Shown here: one piece after another, positions 36,864-50,510 of the stretch
How the letters are laid out: each line of letters opens with the position of its first letter
How positions within the stretch are numbered: the first letter of the stretch is position 1
Source: Lama guanicoe
Taxonomy: Eukaryota
NCBI GenBank assembly: GCA_013239625.1
Contig: MU053881.1
Location: 8,951,957 to 9,015,956 of the forward strand
Length of the DNA: 64,000 nt
Reading direction: 5' to 3'
Notes under the pieces: model-generated
Database searches by the model: none
What the model was told of the DNA's origin: nothing
The model's input: the letters and a program-made list of their open reading frames with translations, nothing else
Program-made: the position numbers and the translations under genes

Positions 36864-37497
36864 AAGTAAGAGTCTCATTATTCATGATAGTTATGTTTTA
36901 TAAAGTCCCCATGGACACTGAATTAGGGAATACCGAACCTTTGCTCCTAGGGGAAATAAAGGGTTAGGTTCCCACGAGCCTCCGGTCACATCATTTTCAC
37001 CAACTGACCAACATGTGGCTCTGCTTTGTGTTTCTGTTTAAAGGCATCTTACTTAATAGATGTTGTTCACTTGTTAACACTGAACTCACGGCCAACGGCC
37101 CTATAATTCACGCCTGAACTAAGCTTATGTAACACATGCACTTTGTCCATCAAGCACATCGCAGCCCTCCTGTCCTCAGAATCACCAGCGCCTCACTCAG
37201 GGAGCATTTTCAATAGCAGAATTACCAACAGAAAACCCATAAAAGTGTGAAGAGTGCGGCACTAAAGAGACTGTGAGAGGACACTCTGTAATATCTGGAG
37301 AACAGAAACAAGGGCGTCTCCTTGCTCTGCCTTTCGGGGGATACATACGCACAGGGCAACTCAGATTGCTCACTGCTCTGCACGTGGCCGTGAACGGCTG
37401 TAAAAGGGCTGCAAGTATGGATTCTGGGGTTAAGAATAAATTTTAGTGAGTATGCAGATTCACAAACACGGAGCCCACGAATAATAAGGATCGGCTG
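36864..37497 (+). mobile_element. MER82 (TcMar-Tigger non-autonomous element), near full length
   Basis: Terminal inverted repeats (tctcattattc ... gaataataaggatcggctg) and internal gctcctaggggaaata.agggttaggttcc, tgaactcacggccaac, aataaattttag match MER82 as recalled. Confidence 0.85.
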
Positions 37498-39534
37498 CGT
37501 TATGAAGTAAGATGTGCTAGTATCAAATGAAGGCTTTTTCCTGGACATAGTAAAAAAAGACTGAAAGAGTAAAAACAGCCAAATACTGCTCTTGCAACGT
37601 AATTCAAAGCACTCAATGTCAGGTGCATGAAGCAGCCACTCCCCTGCAGTGTCACCATCAGTACTTGTTCCATGTTCTCTATCCCTTTGGGACATGTGAG
37701 ACTTTGTCAGGTGGCTTCCTGGAGGCTTGGCCCTGGCTGCTCTGGGACAGTGAAGGATGGCTCACAACCTTTCATGGAAAGTAGAAAGGTGCCTACGTTT
37801 CCCTCCCTCCTCCCTCCCTCTCCCACTGCCCCCGTTTGCAGTTGGACGTAGCCTTCTACAGAGTTGTGCTGGAAACAGAGCAGATTTTGTGCACAGCAAT
37901 TTGTAGGAGATCTTTACAAAGCCAGGGCTCATAAGGCATTTCCGAAAGCCTTTCTCTCTAAGCCACATTTATTCTGGTGTGTTACCTGACTCCAACATCA
38001 AGAGGAGGGTCATTGACTAATACATCTCTTAAAACTCAGTTATTCAAAGAATTCTGCCCTAGTTTATGTTGTTCTAAATCTACTGGTGTCAAGACTATAA
38101 AGGAAGAGTGGGTTCTAGTGAAGTTATTGTATATAGGACAATAGTAGGTCATATGTTTGTCTTGGGTGGGGGGAGTCTGCAAGCATGTCCACTCAATCTT
38201 GCGCATGTTTACACCTGGTGAAAATGCATTTGTGATCTCACAATGTATGGTCTCGACTGCTGAGGATCATATCCACCTGCCCCTGCCCTCATCCTACTGA
38301 GTTCTAGAGAGGTTCTTGGCTGGTAGAGCAGTATTTCCTCTAGTATCGTCTCTGCTGTTGGGTTGTTTCTCGGTTCTGAGTTGCTAAAGATCTTTTGTCA
38401 ATGGAGGCTTTAATAATTAACAGAGGACCTCAAAGACGCAGCACAGCAGCCCTTCCAGCCAGCAGGAATGTCACTGCCTAGCCACTGTCTGCCTCCTTGG
38501 TGTTTCAAAGGTTGCATACCAGATGCTTTCCTTTCCACCTTGCATTTAGGATGGAAGCGTTTTTCCATCTACCTCATCACCACTACGGCGTTCTGTGCCG
38601 CAATAAAGAACTCTGAAGAATCTCCTCAGCTCTGGGTGACAGCCTGATGTGCGTTACTGCCGCTGACACCCTTAGCCAAGGGCTACGCTGAGTGCGAGTC
38701 AGATCAGACGCGGGTAACTGGCAAGGTAAGCACCCAGATCTGGCTATCACAGAAGGAATTGTGACGGAATAAGATCGTTTTAACGTTTTCGCCCCAAACC
38801 AAAGCTTGAGCAGCCTACATGTACATGAATGCCCGGCTTTTAAAGAAAGACACTGTGAGCCGAACCTAGGTTTCTATCCAGATGAAGCATCCTGCTTTGG
38901 AATTATCATTTTAATTCCTTTTGTAGAAAAGACTGCCATTCTGCCCATGCTGCTGAATTCCGCTGTTGACTCTATGCTACTAAGCTTGTTCCCAGGGTAG
39001 AAACCCACGGAGTTTTCTTTGTGAGAATATGGGAAATAGCTCTTAAAAGTATTAAAGGATTATGTGAAACTTAATTTGCTATTCCCTCCCGCTACGACTC
39101 TTGCTGACACCATGTCCTCATCACCACATTCCTCTAACAGGTACCTATTGACGCTCCTGTCACAGGTTTACCTTCTATAATATAATCCACGCACAGACCC
39201 CACCATCAGATAATCTCATTTAAACCGTGTTATGTGTACGTTTGTCCTGTTTCACAGCCTGCTGCCCAGCACACTAGACCTAAACACCTCTGATGCTGTG
39301 GACAAAGGTCTTCGCCTTGGTCCTACCCTACTCAGCCAAACTCCTCATTTATTTTGGAAACCTATTCTTCCACATTTCTTACTGGTTTCAGCAGATTCCC
39401 TGAGCACAGGATATGGACACACCCCTGAGCATCCATTTTTTTTTTTTTTTTTTTCATCTCCTTAAAATAGACGTTACCTTTTTTTTTTTTTTGTATGTTT
39501 TCTTTCAGGCTTTAGGTGAAATGAAAAAAAAAAC

Positions 39535-39731
39535 AGGAAGTAAATATGCCTTCTTTCTCAGCCCACGCGATCTCCACCACAGCTGCTCAACTCTTGTCTG
39601 TTGCAGCATGGACGGAGCCACAGACAATAAATGAATGAGCCGCAGGGCCGTGTACCAAGCCAACTTTATTTACAGAAATGGGCAGTGGGTCAGATTTGGG
39701 CCATGGGTTGTATGCGGTTTGCCAACCCCTA
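39535..39731 (+). mobile_element. MER58A (hAT-Charlie)
   Basis: gctcaactct..gcagcatgga..gccacagacaata..aatgaatgag..actttatttacagaaa..ggcagtgggtcagatttgg..tttgccaacccct. Confidence 0.8.
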
Positions 39732-40539
39732 ACCTACAGCATCAAGACAAACACATACGTGATCTTATTCAATTGTTTGTTTTCTTGCACGTATTCTGTG
39801 AATGATACGTTAAAGCTCAGCTTTGGCTCACATTTTAGAAGTCAGACCCCTTGATGACATCAGAAAAAATATTAGCAAAAGCAAGACCTCGTTGATATTT
39901 TAAGTAATTCGCATCACGCACGTCTTCTCCTACCTTCACATACCTTATCTGGCCTTAACAGCCCGGCTGCTGGACGTTACTACTACTGTCTGTTTTGCAG
40001 TTATGTGCACTGGGCACTACAGAGGGTTTAAAGTGGATCTTCCCAAAGGTGTCCATGTAAAAAGCGACACATCTGAGATTCAAAGCCAGGGAGCCCAAAG
40101 CACAAACAGTCCTGCTAACAAATCTGTCCCATCACCTCTCAGACACTGATTGTACCATGTAACACAGAGCTAGGCACGCTGTGTCCTTAATTTTTAATAT
40201 ATATTAACAACTAATTAATTGAATGAGTAATTGTCTGCTAATAAAAGCATACTGACTTATTGTTAAGTGTTTGAATAATACAGAAAAGGAGAAAAAGAAT
40301 GCAAATGTATCCTAATTTCCCCTTCTAGAGAGAAGCACTATTAACATCGTGGTATCTCTGCTTTTGATCTATTTTTTGTCTCCCAGCTAACATACTCACT
40401 CCCCTAATCGACTGTCACTTGAATGGTTTGTGGGATCAGCCCATGTTCTGGGGCCCTTCTGTAAAACATGCAAACATGCCCGCAGCACGCTGCTTAGAAG
40501 CTCCTCGCCTCCAATGGCCTTCTCCCGTCTGCTCCTGCA

Positions 40540-41070
40540 AATCGTGTGTGTTCCCAAACCTATTCATGGCAGTTGCATTTTAATCTAATTTCACAATTCA
40601 GTTAAATCTGGCATGAACCAATAACACAGTGTAAACACCAACCATTTTCTTAAGTTCAGTGCTTTGAAAAACCTCAACGCATGCAAATTGCCACAAACAA
40701 TGCTGTCAAATTAGGTATGGGTACAACCGGGAGAAATTGATGGGGAGCATGTAAACATCCAGGAGGATGCGGGATTCAGGATTCCTTTGCGAGCCATTTG
40801 ATTTCTGGCTTTATTTTAAAGAACTGAAAGAGGAAACCACACATATCGCATAATGAGAGTAAGCTTATGCAAGAAAGAAAGAATTTCACACTCAAAGAGA
40901 AATTTTGCCCTTGCCCCTTAAGACCAGTGGAGTTTAGGATAGGGTGGGGTGGGGTGGGGTACTTTTCTATGTTTTAAGCTGAAACAAAATATTTAGACAC
41001 GTATGGATTGATTTTTATGCCTCCTATATCTATTTATTGTTCTAGTTAACCCATCAATCACTTTGTTTGG
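40540..41070 (+). mobile_element. Old Tigger (Tigger12/13-like) fragment with a decayed transposase 5' region
   Basis: aagttcagtgctttgaaaa..tgctgtcaaattaggtatggg..tttaaagaac..ttatgcaagaaaga..actcaaagagaa resembles a degenerate pogo/CENP-B-type HTH coding segment; from memory. Confidence 0.5.
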
Positions 41071-41504
41071 TCACATAGCATAGGAATGTTTCTCTTCTGT
41101 GGGCATTCTTTTCTTTCTTTTCACAAACTCAAAATCATACTACACATATTTCTTTGTAAGCTACTGTCATTTAACTATCAATTGAGAAAATCTTTCCTCT
41201 GCTATTAAATATTTTTCACAAAACTTTAAATTCCTCTAAAATCTTTTAGCTTGCAGATGTCACCTTTAATTCTTTGTTGCATTTAGAATTTCCCATTCTG
41301 CTTTTACAAGTAGTTCAGAGTATTTATTTATTCAATAAATAGTCATTGAGCATCTACTTAGCTGCCAGTCACCGTGGTCCAACTACTATCCATTCAAACA
41401 TAATCTTGCACAGTTTCTTTGGATAAATTCCTAGAAATAAACCTGCTGGGTCAAAAAGTAACACAATTTAAACAAGAAACTGCTACACTGTGTTATACTT
41501 ACTT

Positions 41505-41640
41505 GAATACACCCGATTCTCTCCCTGTGCCTGAGAACAGGAACCATGTCTTGTTCATCTTTTTATCCCAGAGCACAGAACCTAGATTGTGCCCAGAGTA
41601 GGTACTCAAAAAATGTTTATTGAATCTTGAATAATGAATA
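41505..41640 (+). mobile_element. L2 3' end
   Basis: aggaaccatgtcttgttcatctttttatcccagagc..gtgcccagagtaggtactcaaaaaatgtttattgaat. Confidence 0.75.
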
Positions 41641-44600
41641 GTACTTGACTCAAGTACTTATTTACTAGAATTACAGATTTTTTTTCCTAAACACTTGTAG
41701 TAAAGTCGATTAAAAATCATTATTTGCATTTGTAACAGAAGGCAGGATAAGAGAAAATACACATAAGGGGAACACCCGTTTTCATCAAGGAAGCATCTGA
41801 GGGCCTTCGTTACACCCAGTTCTTCGTCACCAGCAGTTTGGAGGCCTACCAGCACATCCACAATCCCAGGAGATTCTCCGACGAGGGCTGGAAATTCTCA
41901 GGAGAGACGTTCCATCTGCCGAGGGACCACACAACCTGGTTTCGTCCCGCTTGCTCTTCCTAGGGAGGTGGCCTTGTGAGATCTCACATCCTGCAAAAGC
42001 CCCAGCACATCCTCTGGACCACTTGCTAACTGGGCAGCACTCACTCTCTCAACAGATGTACTGGAGAGGCTGCGTCACGGACATACATGGTGCTAAGGAT
42101 AGGCTTCAAAAATACTTGCAGAAAATCAGGGATATGTGGACTCCAAGGCTTGCCAACGACTGCCAACATTCTTCTGCTTTCTCACCACCCATTCTGTGCA
42201 GGATGCACTGGTACAGCATTTCTGAGACCTTCTATACCCTTCTTGATCTGATGGCAGGATATCACCTACAGTTCCTCCTCAGTAACTTGGAATTCCCCAA
42301 GTCCCTTTAATAAACCCTACAGACCACTGGGGGTGCCCACATACTAATTAAATGGACGTCCATCCATTAGATATCTTTGTACTTTTTCCAGCACTGACTA
42401 CAGCTAAGAAAGACAGACTGATCCTGATGTAGCTCTTGAGATGATAAATGGCAAGATGAACCATACAGCATCATTGGCACCTGGTTTAAAGTTTCCATGT
42501 CTAGGTCTAAAGAAGACTATGGTGTAAGGTTAGGGGACCAGACCTTCAGGCAAGTTTTGCAACACAAGTCATCTCCAAAGTGCGCCAACTACCCTGAAAC
42601 TGTCCAACAGATACACATACATCACACTTTGTCTAAAGTAGCTGCCCTTAGCATATCTCCTCCACCAGAGACTCTACCTACCTTCCTTCCACTTTTTTTC
42701 TTCTTAAAATATTGAGGTGGCAATGGTTTGCGACTGGCAACCGGGGTAGCACTTTCTCACAGCTGTGGCAGCACTCCGCTTTTGCTGCTGGCACGTGGGT
42801 CACCTGCTTCTTCTAGGCATGCCCTTCTATTAGTTAATTTGTTAGCTTGCTTGAATCGCAGTCGAGAACCCTTCAGCCCTGGTTTGCAGCAATAAATTCA
42901 ACTGACAGCTGAAATTTGGAACGCTCACTTAATATTGATTCTGAATGTAATAACAAGCGACATGACCTTTTGGATGGTGTAAAATATGGCCGCCACAACA
43001 TCTGTGCCACATTTCTTGCTGTTTAGTAATATGCTGTAACAGCATGGAGCTGGCATTAAAGCTAAGCTTTATTATCAAGCAGATCACTCCATCTCTCTGG
43101 CTTCATTTGGGAAAAAAAAAAAAGAAAGAAAATGCTTTCAGCTTCTAGAGCTGATATCGTGTCTAATACACGGTGCTGTTTTTGAGACCTAATTTTCCCT
43201 GCAGTAACAAAAAGGAAGATATCCGATGACCAAATAGAAAGGCAGGGAAGAAACAGGGTGGGGGGAGGGGGGTAGAAAGGCCACCTGACACCCCGAATGC
43301 CAACGGGCCGGAAACTGACACAATTCTCCATGACAGTGGCAGGGACACTAAGAATTCTCAACTGCATCCTTGAAAAATATATATATCTATGAAGTTGATG
43401 TCATTTAGTGATTCCCACAAGATGTAAAAATAGCTTTCCTTTTCTCAGTCACCCCCTCCTCAACCCCCAGTAAAAAAAAAAAAGAAAGAAAGAAGGAAAA
43501 AAAAAAGATGATTACCAGTGGTCCTCGCCCTAATGCCTGAGCATCTCTCTAATTTAGCATTGCCCTAGGAAATCCTAAACTAATTTTGGTAGGATGGATA
43601 CAGGGATGTTTGCATCTGATTTACTCTGACTGTTTTTCTTTGAAGTCTTGGTATCTTTAAAACATTCTCCAAGTAGGCAGAACATCAATTTGTGCACTTT
43701 AAAAAATCCAATTTAAGCAGGTTAGAAATTGTCAAAATAGTCTAACCATATTTCTCCAACAGAATTTCCAACCATGGCACACACACACAAAAATGCTCAA
43801 CTTGAAAGCTTTCTATCATTTCAATGTATTCCATGGCTCAGATTGGCTCGCACTGTGTGAATAGTGAGGATTTAAATCTCTTTATCACAAGAGACAGATC
43901 TGGACTCTGAAACAATACTGCATCTTCTTTTTTCACTGCTGTGATATTTTGATTCTGTTTAGTTGAGCCATTTCTGGAGGGTACAAGCACAAAGTTTTAA
44001 ATCCTATTTCTCCGGAGGGAAGAAAAGAATTAAATCATATTTAGGAAGCCTTCTTCCCTGTAAAATGTACTTCCAGAATAAAAGACCTGTCAGTAGTTTC
44101 AAAGAGGTTAAACATATAGAAATCGGAGACTCGTTTTAGTCATCCGTGTGGTTAAGAGGACACTGACTCTGGTTAACATGCAAGTCTCTCTATTTCAGGT
44201 GCTTAAACTTGGCGTGGTGGCGATCGATACGCCACAAATTATTAATAGAGTGCTTTTTATATTAGGAACTACAGAAAAGGGGGTCTGGGTACTTGGTTAA
44301 GGGTTTTCTTCAGAGAGAATACCAGGTCTGGGAGGTAACTGAAAACGTCAAGCTTCCAAAGGAGACAAGTTGGCCCAGACCCTTTCTCCCCAGAAAAACC
44401 GAGGAGAAAGCCCGCTGGGATAATGTCCACAAGAGCAGAGAGACATGTGTGCTGCCTTAAAAAAGCTAATCAAGCCGTAAGTGAGCTGGCCTGACAGTGA
44501 GCCGCTGGTCAGGAGAAAAGCTTACACAGCTGACATGCCTTTAGGTGGACTGCCAAGACTGACAGGCAGCTGTCATCGGTAATTCACGCTACCTTTTTCC

Positions 44601-47600
44601 ATTAGATTCTAGCCATTATTAGGATTTTTTTTTTGATATGTTATTTGTTCAAGGAGTATTCATCTTAGGAGAGATCAGAAACAATGGAGGTCATTCCTAT
44701 ATTCTAGGGAGCACGTATTTATTTATGAAGAATAAGCTTATTATTCACACAGAATAACATGGGCAAAATGGGACGGGATGCCTTTATCGACAGCAGCCCG
44801 TGCCAGATGGCTGAAATGCCACTTTCATTTCAGGAAGAAAGGCAGTCTTCACAGGAAAGAGAAAGCCTGGACTTGCAAGGTAAGATCGTTCTTAATTATG
44901 AGGCCCAGGGAATGTATGCTCCCCACCCCCCACCGCCCAGCTTCATACATTTATCATTAGAAAGTGAAATTCAAACTAAGGAGTTCAAAGTCTACCACGG
45001 AGAGCGAAGTAAAAATGGCATCGGGTTAGAGAGTCTGTGAGGGGGAGCTGGACCCAGAGAATCAAAGAATATTTCAGCTTTGAGATGAGTGTTTGGTTCT
45101 GGGCTTCGAATGAATCAATCCTCAAACTTGGCAAGCAATAATTAATTCCAGGAGCGTATCACTCATCTGTGCAGCGCCTGCTCCCTCAAATAGAGATCTT
45201 AACAAAACTCTCCCCGGTGGGATCAGCGGAGCCATCAGACACAGCCATATGTTCAAGGCTCAGAGCGGACTGGTCAGGAGACAGCTGTCTGTGAATTGAG
45301 ATGTTAACTGCCCAGCAAAATTTTCAGAGCCTCGGGTGGACAGCCTCGGGGTTTCAACTGTTACCAAGAAAGCGGGGGGGGGGAGCCAAAAGCAAGAACC
45401 CACTCCTCTTCAGACACTTAGTCTACTCCTTTTCTTCTATCTTTCCTTTCTGGCCTGGTAATTGACTTTTTCTCCGAGAGATCCCGGGATTGCTTTGCTG
45501 ATAGCACCCACTGAGGCCAAGAGGAGCGATGAAACGGTTGGGAAAACGAAGTGCCCGCACAGGCAAGGTAAACAGGCGTGAATTGGATTACTCCAACATC
45601 CTCCACTGAGGTACGGTTCACACCTAATCTGATTATGTGAATATTATGAGCCACTAAGTATCTTTCTGTAGCAATTACCAAGCTTGTGCACATGAAAGAG
45701 GGCATTTTCTTTAGTGGTGGGCTCATCTATCAAGTGTTTAGCTTCAAAGCAAAAGTCAAGGGTGGGGAGGAGCGGAGAAAGACAGAGAGAGGGAGAGAGA
45801 GAGAGGAAGAGGGAGAGAGGGAGGAAGGCAGGATATGACTGAACGATTGGACTTACAATGTAGCAATGATTTTCTTCTCTCGTCCCTGCCTCTTCTCCAC
45901 CCCCTGCCACCTGCCCTTGTCTTTCCTCCTCTTTTTATGGAACCTCAGAGGAGTATTTTCATTCCCTAAATACACTGTAATCACTTTTTGATATAACACC
46001 ACTTTTGCTGTCTTCAAATTCCTTTTTTGGATTTCCCAGCTCAGTTCCAGCTAAGAAAGGGATACGATCTTCTCTCAGCTCTGGTTCTGCCCAGCAGGAC
46101 CAAGAGCATTCAAACCCTCATTTCTAAACTTCCCCCTGAGGCTTGGAGACGTAAGATTTGGTGCACAGGTAACAGCGGTTGTGCAAAAGTTCATCTTTCT
46201 ACCCCATTTCACCTGCCAGTAGTTAGCTTGGTTTCTTTTTGATGTACACCAAACCAATGGCAGACTTAAGTCACAAATTCTACAGAATAACCACACTGAC
46301 ACTGGATGATGACGCTGTGAGTCACGACCCCCTGAAAATGCTTGGGAAGCCTCTTACAGAAGAACTACGATACGGAGGTTCAAAGCGGAGGCCGTGGTTT
46401 AAATCCTCCACCTGCCACTTCCTGGCTGAGGAGACGTGGTGATCTTACTGCCTGAAGTTGTCACTTGCCAAAGGATTGGGAAGAGTGTATCAATAGCACA
46501 TGTTATTGTACCAAGTTGGTCTAAGTCAAGACACAAGTCCTAACGTGGTCTAGGCAGATGGGTCCCTATCGCTTCTCCAGAATTATTTTGGGCCTTGCTC
46601 CCCAACTCCAGTCATGCAGAACTTCTGCCTGGCGACACCCCCACCTGCCACACAGCCATACGCACCTCGCTTCTGCCTGAGGTACTCATTCCTTAGTCTT
46701 AAGCCTCCTTTGCTCTGACCAGTCGGCACCTCCTCAGGGAAACCTTCGGGAATTCCCAGGATTACACCACCACCTCCTTGATCCTCGGAATGGAAGCTCC
46801 AGGAAATGGGTTGTGCCTGCCTTTGGTCATCATTCCATCCCCAGCGAGTAGCTGAGGGCTTTACACATAGTAAGAACTCCACAAACATTAGTTGCTGTCA
46901 TGATGCTATGTGTGTTTGTGTTAGGGCTTCAGAGCAGAGGTTGGGAAAAACTAAGCTCTGTCCTACGGGGCTGCTAGGTGCTGGGAAGTGGCAGGGTTTT
47001 GGTGGCTTCGAATTTTCCATTATTCATATATGACAGAGATTGGATTTAATGTCAATTGAAGTGTGAGCTTAACAAGCAACACTCTGTGTTGGCTGCAAAA
47101 CTCGGCAAAATCCAACTGTACAGGTATACTGAGCTGTCATCGGTGCCACGCATCCTGGTTGCACTGGCCATTGTCCTGAAAGCCATCCCTCACCATCCTA
47201 GTATTCACAGGCACGAGCCCAGGTATTAGTATTCAAGTTTGATCATCTCTCTGCCAATCCAGTGGCTAAATACATATTTTAATTGAGCCCAGGAGTGTTG
47301 ACTTGCAGACACAGCATAGGAAAAAAAATCACTAGAAAAATGGCAAGTGCAAGCAGCCTTTTACCTCTGAATGGAATACGATACTTACCAAACATCAGTA
47401 ACAATTTTCTATTGGGGAAAAGCCTGCAGCAAGAATAACCTGCTTAGGGTTTTAAGCTACAGCTCAACAAGAAGAAAAAAGAAAAAAAAAAGGTGTTTCT
47501 GTTTCTTTAGAAAACAGAACTGCCACAGTAAGCCAGGTAAGGTAACTCTGGTGGATGAAATATAATGCAATTAGTTTTCTGTTACGTTAAGCTATTGACA

Positions 47601-47984
47601 TTATTAGCCAATAAACAGTCTCCAAATGTCCAGAATGATGTTAAGAGGGGTCATAATGATTGAAATGGGCAGCATAAATTTAATGAGGAACAGAATAACC
47701 AGGGTGGGTGAGGATTTGAAATTACATCAGACTAGTTACAGAGTAAGATTCCCAATCTCTGTGTACAGGGTAAAAAAAACCCTGCCAAATCTTTACCCTG
47801 GACCCCAAGCACTTCGTCCACCGTAACGCGCTCTCCATGCTAATTTCACTGTCATTTGCACATGGTCACACACATAATGACCTCACTGGACCTAGTCCTC
47901 TTTTTTTATGTTACGTCTCTGCAGACATTTATTTTCATATATAATGTCTTTCTCATGGGCATACAGCTAGTAATTCACTGCTCA

Positions 47985-48215
47985 TAGTACCAGTTAATGT
48001 TTATTGAGCACTTATTCTAAGGCATTGCTCCAAAGGCTTTACATTTATTATCTCACTTAATCGTCACAAGGACCTCTTGAGGTAGGTATGGCTATTGTCC
48101 TCACGTTATAGAGGGTCACACTGAGGGTCAGGGAGCTTAAATGCATCAGTGAAGGTCACACAAGCCGGTCAGTCGAACTGCTGAGCTCTGGACCCAGCCA
48201 ACACTCTCTACCATT
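47985..48215 (-). mobile_element. MIR SINE
   Basis: taatgtttattgagcactta..tttacatttattatctcacttaatc.tcacaa..tgaggtaggta..actgagggtcag..aaggtcacacaag. Confidence 0.8.
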
Positions 48216-48893
48216 TTGTAGCCTCATGGTTTAGACTATCCCCAACAAATAAAATAAGACTCCTCTGGGGACTTCAGAGACTCCATGGGAAGCCCCGATG
48301 TGGCCCTTTCATACACCACTACATCTTACATGGACTGTTTGCTCATAACCAGTATTTTCTTAATAATCTAATTAGTTTTTAAATCCCAAGTCACTTATGT
48401 GGGATGCCACTTAAAACTGGGTAACTTTTCCATTAAAAAAAAAAATAAACCTTACCAACATTCTTAACCTCTCTAGTGGGCTTTCCAATTGCTTGTTCTG
48501 TACCATGTAATTATCACATAAAGAACTATCTACTGACGCGCAAGCAAAAAAGAGAAAACAAAACAAATGGAAAACACAAACACAGGCATGTTTGTTGTTT
48601 CATATTGAGGGTTATTTAGCTTGGATAATAAATCATTACAATGAATGTCAACACTGCACAGGGGAAAGGGAGTAGTTAGTTGCATATGCTAATGGAAGAC
48701 GTGCATTACTAATAAGGAAGGGAGTGAACAGCTCCAGCCACATGCTAGTTATCGCCGCAAATCACAAGACGAGCCATGTTCACACGGAGCATATGACTGC
48801 TGCGTGACAGTGCACCACAAATATTCACATGTCAACAGCAATCGCTCCCGTACTCCATCCAAGACTACGGAAGAGTTTAAAAATAAAGCTTAC

Positions 48894-49010
48894 CTTGTCA
48901 TGCACCAAGATGTCAAGCTTAAACACATCTGCCAGTCAAACGGATTTTGCCACTCTTTACCCCGACACCGTACGCATGGTCTAAAGGCTTCAAGTGTATC
49001 AGAGTTCAAA
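48894..49010 (-). other. Candidate 117-nt exon, probably non-coding
   Basis: Minus-strand acceptor ttctttctag| and donor AAG|gtaagc flank apparently unique sequence; translation not recognised. Confidence 0.35.
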
Positions 49011-49224
49011 CTAGAAAGAACTGTGATGTTATCCATCTGTAGGTCCTGTAGCTTTCCCCCTTTAATACATGTCTCGGCTCCACGTATCCTCTGCATCTCT
49101 ATTGCCACTAGACCACCCTTGTCTCAATACTGGACCAGAGCAATAATGTGCTCCCTACCATTCTCTTGCCTCCTTCCTATCTAGCATAGAATATAGTGGA
49201 TTTTTCAAAAGCTTTTAAAAAAAT

Positions 49225-49890
49225 GTTTTGGTAAAACGTACAAAACATGAAATTTACCACCTTCACCATTTTTAAGTGTACACTTCAGTGGTATTAGGTA
49301 CATTCACATTATTGTGCAACCATCGCCACCATCCATCTCCAGAACTTTCCCATTGTTCCAAATGGTAATTCCATACCCGTGAAACAGTAACTCCTCTTTC
49401 CATTTGTCCCCCCAGCTCCTGGCAACCACCATTGTACTTTCTGTCTCTGTGAATTTGACTACTCTAGGTACCTCGTATAAATATGATCATACAGGATTTA
49501 CTTTGTGTATCTGGCTTATTTCACTTTTCATAAGGTCTTCAAGGTTCATTACATTGAGGCATGTGACACAGTTTCCCTTTTGAAGGCTGAATGCTATTCC
49601 ACTCTATGTCTATATCATATTTTGCTTTCATCTGTCAATGGACAACTGGTTTCTTTCCACCTTTTGGCTACTGTGAATAATGCTGCTATAAACATGAGTG
49701 TACAAATATGTTTCGGAGTTCTTGCTTTCCATTCTTCTAGGAACAGACTCAGAAGTGGAATCACTGGCTCATAGGGCAATTCTATGTTTAATATTTTGAG
49801 GGCCTGCCACACTGTTTTGTACAGTATTAAACCAATTTACATTCCCATCAGCTATGCATAAGGGATACAGTTTCTCCTCATCCTTACCAC
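49225..49890 (-). mobile_element. L1MB-type LINE-1 3' fragment
   Basis: Minus ORF 49615-49812 ELPYEPVIPLLSLF..ICTLMFIAALFTVAKRWK..CP is the L1 ORF2 end; the 3'UTR aaatttacca..ttttaagtgtaca..ttgtgcaaccatc is typical of L1MB. Confidence 0.9.
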
Positions 49891-49939
49891 TTAAAAAAAT
49901 AATAACCACCCCAAGACGTGTGAAAATATAGTTTTTACA

Positions 49940-50510
49940 GGTATAAACTAAACTAAGAAACACCCTTCTGTGGCTTCTACCTGCACTTAGGATAAAATGG
50001 TCGACCTTCTTCGTGGCTACCAGGCCCTGTATGATCTGTTCTCTGCAGAAGGCTCTTAAATTCCATCCCAACCTCTGCTGTTTTCTTGTTTTGCACTAGA
50101 CATGCTCATCGCCACATCATTCTTTAAACATGTCAGGCCCCTCCCCAGGTTAGGGTCTTTGAACATCCAGTTCTTTTGTGATGAAAGCTTTTTCCCCTCC
50201 CTCTTCAGGCCTGGCTTGGCTTGGCCCTCTCTGTCACAGCTTAAAGACCATCTTGTCCCCAGAAGACCAAGTGGGTTCCCTCCCCATAACTCCCTGTCTC
50301 CTCCTCCCGCTCTTTTCCCACGGAGCCCAGACGTCAGTGAGCAAGTAGAATCTCCTGCTCGTGTGTTTATTTTGCTGTTCCTCTCCGTATCTAGGTAGGA
50401 ATCCTCTGGGAGAAGAGCCAAGCCCTTGTTCTTCACTGTTACATTCCCCAGAGTTAAACAGAATGCCTGGCACACAGTAGGGACTCCATACACACCAATT
50501 ACGTTTATGA
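49940..50510 (+). mobile_element. L2 LINE fragment
   Basis: aaacacccttctgtggcttc..cttaggataaaat..aggccctgtatgatctg ... cagaatgcctggcacacagtaggga (L2 3' region). Confidence 0.7.
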
